Below are positions 25,825 through 28,555 of a DNA stretch of 28,555 bases, piece by piece. The stretch comes from Candidatus Micrarchaeia archaeon (GTDB taxonomy: Archaea > Micrarchaeota > Micrarchaeia > Burarchaeales > Fermentimicrarchaeaceae), in contig JAVZHX010000006.1 in assembly GCA_038871515.1 (NCBI GenBank), positions 1 to 28,555 on the forward strand. The letters run 5' to 3'. Each line of letters opens with the position of its first letter. Position 1 is the first letter of the stretch. The position numbers and the translations under genes were made by a program. The notes beneath the pieces were generated by a model, which searched no databases, was not told where the DNA came from, and saw only the letters and a program-made list of their open reading frames with translations.

Positions 25825-27088
25825 ACCTCTCAGCAACTCTTCTGATTTTTTCAATAGTTTTTTCTTCATCAATCGTCACAATTTCCCTTTCCCTCATAAC
25901 AAGCTTTCCATCAATTATCACATCAGATATGTTTGATGGGTTGGAGGAGTAAACAATGTTTGATGGGTTGAACGGAATCATATTTGGTGTTTTTAATTCA
26001 ATAAGAATCAAATCCGCAAGCCTCCCCTCCTGAATCCTTCCAGCATCTATTCCAAGCGCATCTGCTCCGTTTCTTGTTGCGAAGTCAAGCGCCTGCTGTG
26101 CGTTGATAACCTCCGCATCCCACAGATGGTTCTTCTGAAGCAGTGCTGCGAATTTCATTGTTTCAAGCATGTTCAAAGAGTTGTTTGAAACTGCTCCGTC
26201 TGTCCCGAGTGTTACGCAGACGTTATTCTCAAGCATCTGTGGAATTGGCGCAACTCCTCCAGTTGCAAGCTTCATGTTGCTGACTGGGTTGTGGGAAACC
26301 TTCACCCCTCTGTCGCCAAGGAGCTTCACCTCTCTTTTTGTGAGCCAAACGCAGTGGGCTGCGATCACCCTGGCGCACAAAAAACCAATTGAGTCAAGAT
26401 ACTCCACAGGCCTTTTTCCAAATTTCTTAATTGAATCATAAACCTCCTTTCTCGTTTCAGAGAGGTGGATTTGAATTAACGCATCATACTTCTCAGCAAG
26501 CTCCTTTGATTTGAGCAGCAACTCCTTTGAGCAGGTGTATGGAGCGTGCGGTCCAAATGAGCATTTCACTCTTCCTTTTCCAGAGAACTCCCTTACAAAT
26601 CTCTCGCCTTTCCTCAGCTCTTTCTCCCTTTTCCCAGCATCTCCCAAATCAATCATCCCATAAGCAAGGTTTGCCCTCATGCCAATTTTTTCAACTGCTT
26701 TTGCAGTTTCCTCCATGAAGAAATACATGTCAGCAAAGCCCGTTGTTCCGCTTCTTATCATCTCCATACAGCCAAGCAGGGAGCCCCAGTAAACATCCTC
26801 TCCTTTCAGCTTTTTTTCCTTCGGCCAAACTTTTTTCGGCCATGCTTCCCAAAAACCCATGTCATCTGCGTAACCCCTGAAAAGAGTCATCGCAAGATGG
26901 GTGTGAGTGTTTATCAAGCCAGGCAGCGCAAGCTTTCCCCTTCCATCTATCCTGAAATCAGCCTTCTCCTTTATGTTCTTCCCTATTCTCTCAATTCTGT
27001 TTTCCTGAATGAAAACGTCAACTCCCCTGAGAAATTCTCTCCTCTCATTCTGGGTTAAAACATCAACGTTTTTTATGAGTATGCTCAT
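25811..27088 (-). CDS. mtaD: Amidohydrolase, 5'-methylthioadenosine/S-adenosylhomocysteine/5'-deoxyadenosine deaminase-like
   Basis: PGLINTHTH.AMTLFRGYADD, EMIRSGTT.FADMY, PHAPYTC, HLSET, AHC, HNPVSNMKLA, LGTDG. Confidence 0.88.
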   Translation of the reverse strand: MSILIKNVDVLTQNERREFLRGVDVFIQENRIERIGKNIKEKADFRIDGRGKLALPGLINTHTHLAMTLFRGYADDMGFWEAWPKKVWPKEKKLKGEDVYWGSLLGCMEMIRSGTTGFADMYFFMEETAKAVEKIGMRANLAYGMIDLGDAGKREKELRKGERFVREFSGKGRVKCSFGPHAPYTCSKELLLKSKELAEKYDALIQIHLSETRKEVYDSIKKFGKRPVEYLDSIGFLCARVIAAHCVWLTKREVKLLGDRGVKVSHNPVSNMKLATGGVAPIPQMLENNVCVTLGTDGAVSNNSLNMLETMKFAALLQKNHLWDAEVINAQQALDFATRNGADALGIDAGRIQEGRLADLILIELKTPNMIPFNPSNIVYSSNPSNISDVIIDGKLVMREREIVTIDEEKTIEKIRRVAERFIYE

Positions 27089-27137
27089 TCAACCACTAAT
27101 CAAGTTTTTATACAGCCCTTTTTAATAATTAAACTAC

Positions 27138-27506
27138 ATGATTAAGATAAAAAGAGCTGCTTTGGAGTTCATGCTTGAGATGGCAAGGAGGATGTATCCA
27201 AAGGAGTTCATAGGTTTGCTGAGGGAGAATAAAAATAAAGAGATATATGAGGTGATGCTTCTCCCAAGGTCAACTTACGGGAAGGGTTTCTCCTCATTTG
27301 ATAGTTATATGGTTCCCTATTCAATGAAGTATGCTGGAAGCGTTCACTCCCACCCAGCTCCAATTATAAAGCCATCAGCAGGTGATCTGCTTTCTTTCTC
27401 AAAAACAGGGGGAGTGCACATAATTCTCGCTTATCCGTTTACTGAAAAAAGCATAGGGGTTTACAACAACAGGGGGGAGAAGCTTGAGTTTGAGGTGGTG
27501 GAGTGA
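27138..27506 (+). CDS. JAMM/MPN+ (Mov34) metalloprotease domain protein
   Basis: E..(YPKEF)...HSH-x7-S-x2-D (HSHPAPIIKPSAGD), intact. Confidence 0.9.
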   Translation: MIKIKRAALEFMLEMARRMYPKEFIGLLRENKNKEIYEVMLLPRSTYGKGFSSFDSYMVPYSMKYAGSVHSHPAPIIKPSAGDLLSFSKTGGVHIILAYPFTEKSIGVYNNRGEKLEFEVVE

Positions 27507-28393
27507 TTTACTCAGTTGGGCAGATAGTTTTTGATTATATTTTTCATGTCAGAAATTTCCCAAAAACGAACTCCACAACATACATTCAAAGTTATGATGG
27601 GTTCTTTGGAGGAGCTGCTGGGAACTTCGCGGTTGTGTGCTCAAAGCTTGGGGAGAAAGCATCGGTTGTTTCCTTTGTTGGGGATGATTTCAAAAATTCA
27701 GCTTATGAGAAGCATCTTAAAAAACAAGAAGTTGATTTAACAAATCTGAAAGTTGTGGAAGGGGAGAGAACTGCAAGGGCGTTTATGTTCAACGATTCAA
27801 AAGGAAGGCAGATTTCATTCTTTTTCTGGGGCGCTGCAAGCAGGTTTCAGAATGCGCCGATTCCATATCTGAAACTCAGAGAAGGAGATGTGGTTCATCT
27901 TGCAAACGGCAGCCCTGAGTTCAACATACGGTTTGCGAGCAAGTATCCTGGTGTTTCCTTTGATCCTGGTTATGATATAGTTGCTTATGGAAGGAAGGAA
28001 ATTCAGGAGATTCTTGAAAAAACAACGTTTCTTTCCTGCAATGAGTTTGAGCTTAGGAAAATTATGAGGTTGGTTGGAGTTAGAGAAGCAGCTGAGCTCT
28101 TCTCATTTCCGTTGCAGTTCATTGTTGTGACAAAAGGAAGGAGGGGAAGCTCGGTTATCACACCAAATGAAAGATTTGATGTTCCTGCTGTGAAAGGGGA
28201 GCTTGTTGACCCAACTGGAGCAGGCGATTCATACAGAGCTGCTTTTCTCACAGCTTTTCTGAGGGGGGAGAGCTTGGAGAGATGCGCGAGAATTGCTTCA
28301 GCAGTTGCGTCGTTTGTTATAGAAAAGCACGGAGCGCAGACAAACATACCAACTTGGAAGCAGGCTCTTGCAAAGCTTAATTCCTCTGCTTAA
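27503..28393 (+). CDS. PfkB-family kinase, archaeal nucleoside kinase (MJ0406-like)
   Basis: GGAAGN, VGDDFKNSAYE, QISFFFWGAA, SFDPG, NEFE, DPTGAGDSYRA; GTGA overlap with the JAMM gene. Confidence 0.9.
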   Translation: MIYSVGQIVFDYIFHVRNFPKTNSTTYIQSYDGFFGGAAGNFAVVCSKLGEKASVVSFVGDDFKNSAYEKHLKKQEVDLTNLKVVEGERTARAFMFNDSKGRQISFFFWGAASRFQNAPIPYLKLREGDVVHLANGSPEFNIRFASKYPGVSFDPGYDIVAYGRKEIQEILEKTTFLSCNEFELRKIMRLVGVREAAELFSFPLQFIVVTKGRRGSSVITPNERFDVPAVKGELVDPTGAGDSYRAAFLTAFLRGESLERCARIASAVASFVIEKHGAQTNIPTWKQALAKLNSSA

Positions 28394-28447
28394 TACAAAT
28401 TCATAAAACGCAGAACATCTATCCGCCGGAGTTTGTTGAAAAATTAA

Positions 28448-28547
28448 AGTAGTGGAGAATTTAGATTCTTAGTATGGCGACCAAAAACCTAAATTCTCCG
28501 GACTACTGGAGAAGGTATGACTCTTCAGGAATAAATAACCCTCTCCA
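28448..28547 (-). other. Tandem long RNA hairpins (putative ncRNA, terminator or repeat-element end)
   Basis: Minus strand: a 10-bp stem UGGAGAGGGU/ACCUUCUCCA abuts a 26-bp stem (28448-28507) with 3 G-U pairs, a CC bulge and a 6-nt loop, followed by UUAAUUUUU. Confidence 0.65.
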
Positions 28548-28555
28548 CATCTTCA

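Noticed and set aside
27138..27506. JAMM gene as part of a CBASS/Bil-type ubiquitin-like defence system
   Set aside because: No cyclase, E1/E2, ubiquitin-like or effector gene nearby; the context is housekeeping.
923..28347. Many 60-150 aa antisense or alternate-frame ORFs in the track (e.g. 6896-7345, 7962-8390, 15016-15447, 18141-18506, 24779-25105, 28003-28347)
   Set aside because: They lie within or almost wholly overlap well-supported genes, are Ser/Phe/Leu-rich shadows of purine-rich coding strands, and show no motifs.
28492..28527. TGA followed by a hairpin on the minus strand as selenocysteine or readthrough recoding
   Set aside because: The frame hits TAG 12 codons later, there is no selenoprotein-like context, and no archaeal SECIS motif was recognised.
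28394..28555. CRISPR array or leader at the right edge
   Set aside because: Only a loose 10-nt direct similarity (tagtggagaa / tactggagaa); no repeat-spacer periodicity and no cas genes.

Overview
A gene-dense archaeal chromosomal segment. AglB, a class I CCA-adding enzyme, Dph6, RibL, PAC2 and a BHB-intron tRNA all point to Archaea. The Lys/Glu-rich proteins and the non-canonical tRNA intron would fit a thermophilic, possibly DPANN/Micrarchaeota-like organism, but that is inference only. Bases 1-16.3 kb form a surface-glycan/N-glycosylation locus: 6 glycosyltransferases (one partial), a CapE-like dehydratase, an RmlD-like reductase, a stand-alone CapF-type cupin, a nucleotidyltransferase, Ugd, two SDR epimerases, aglB, a geranylgeranyl reductase and uppS. 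The rest contains DUF192, PAC2, tRNA-Leu(TAA), an ABC permease/ATPase/DUF47 operon with no binding protein, a cca-alaX-asnS-ribL-dph6 operon and an mtaD / JAMM / nucleoside kinase cluster. The most unusual signals are: (i) a 16-nt tRNA intron at position 30/31 with a perfect BHB motif; (ii) an exact 99-bp direct repeat shared by the 5' ends of two GT2 genes, the left one lacking a canonical start and apparently using ATT; (iii) strand-specific, G-U-containing tandem hairpins at the right edge that suggest a structured RNA or repeat element; (iv) a split CapF-like deoxy-aminosugar pathway. No CRISPR array, rRNA, transposase or integrase was seen. All family calls come from motif recognition, not database searches.
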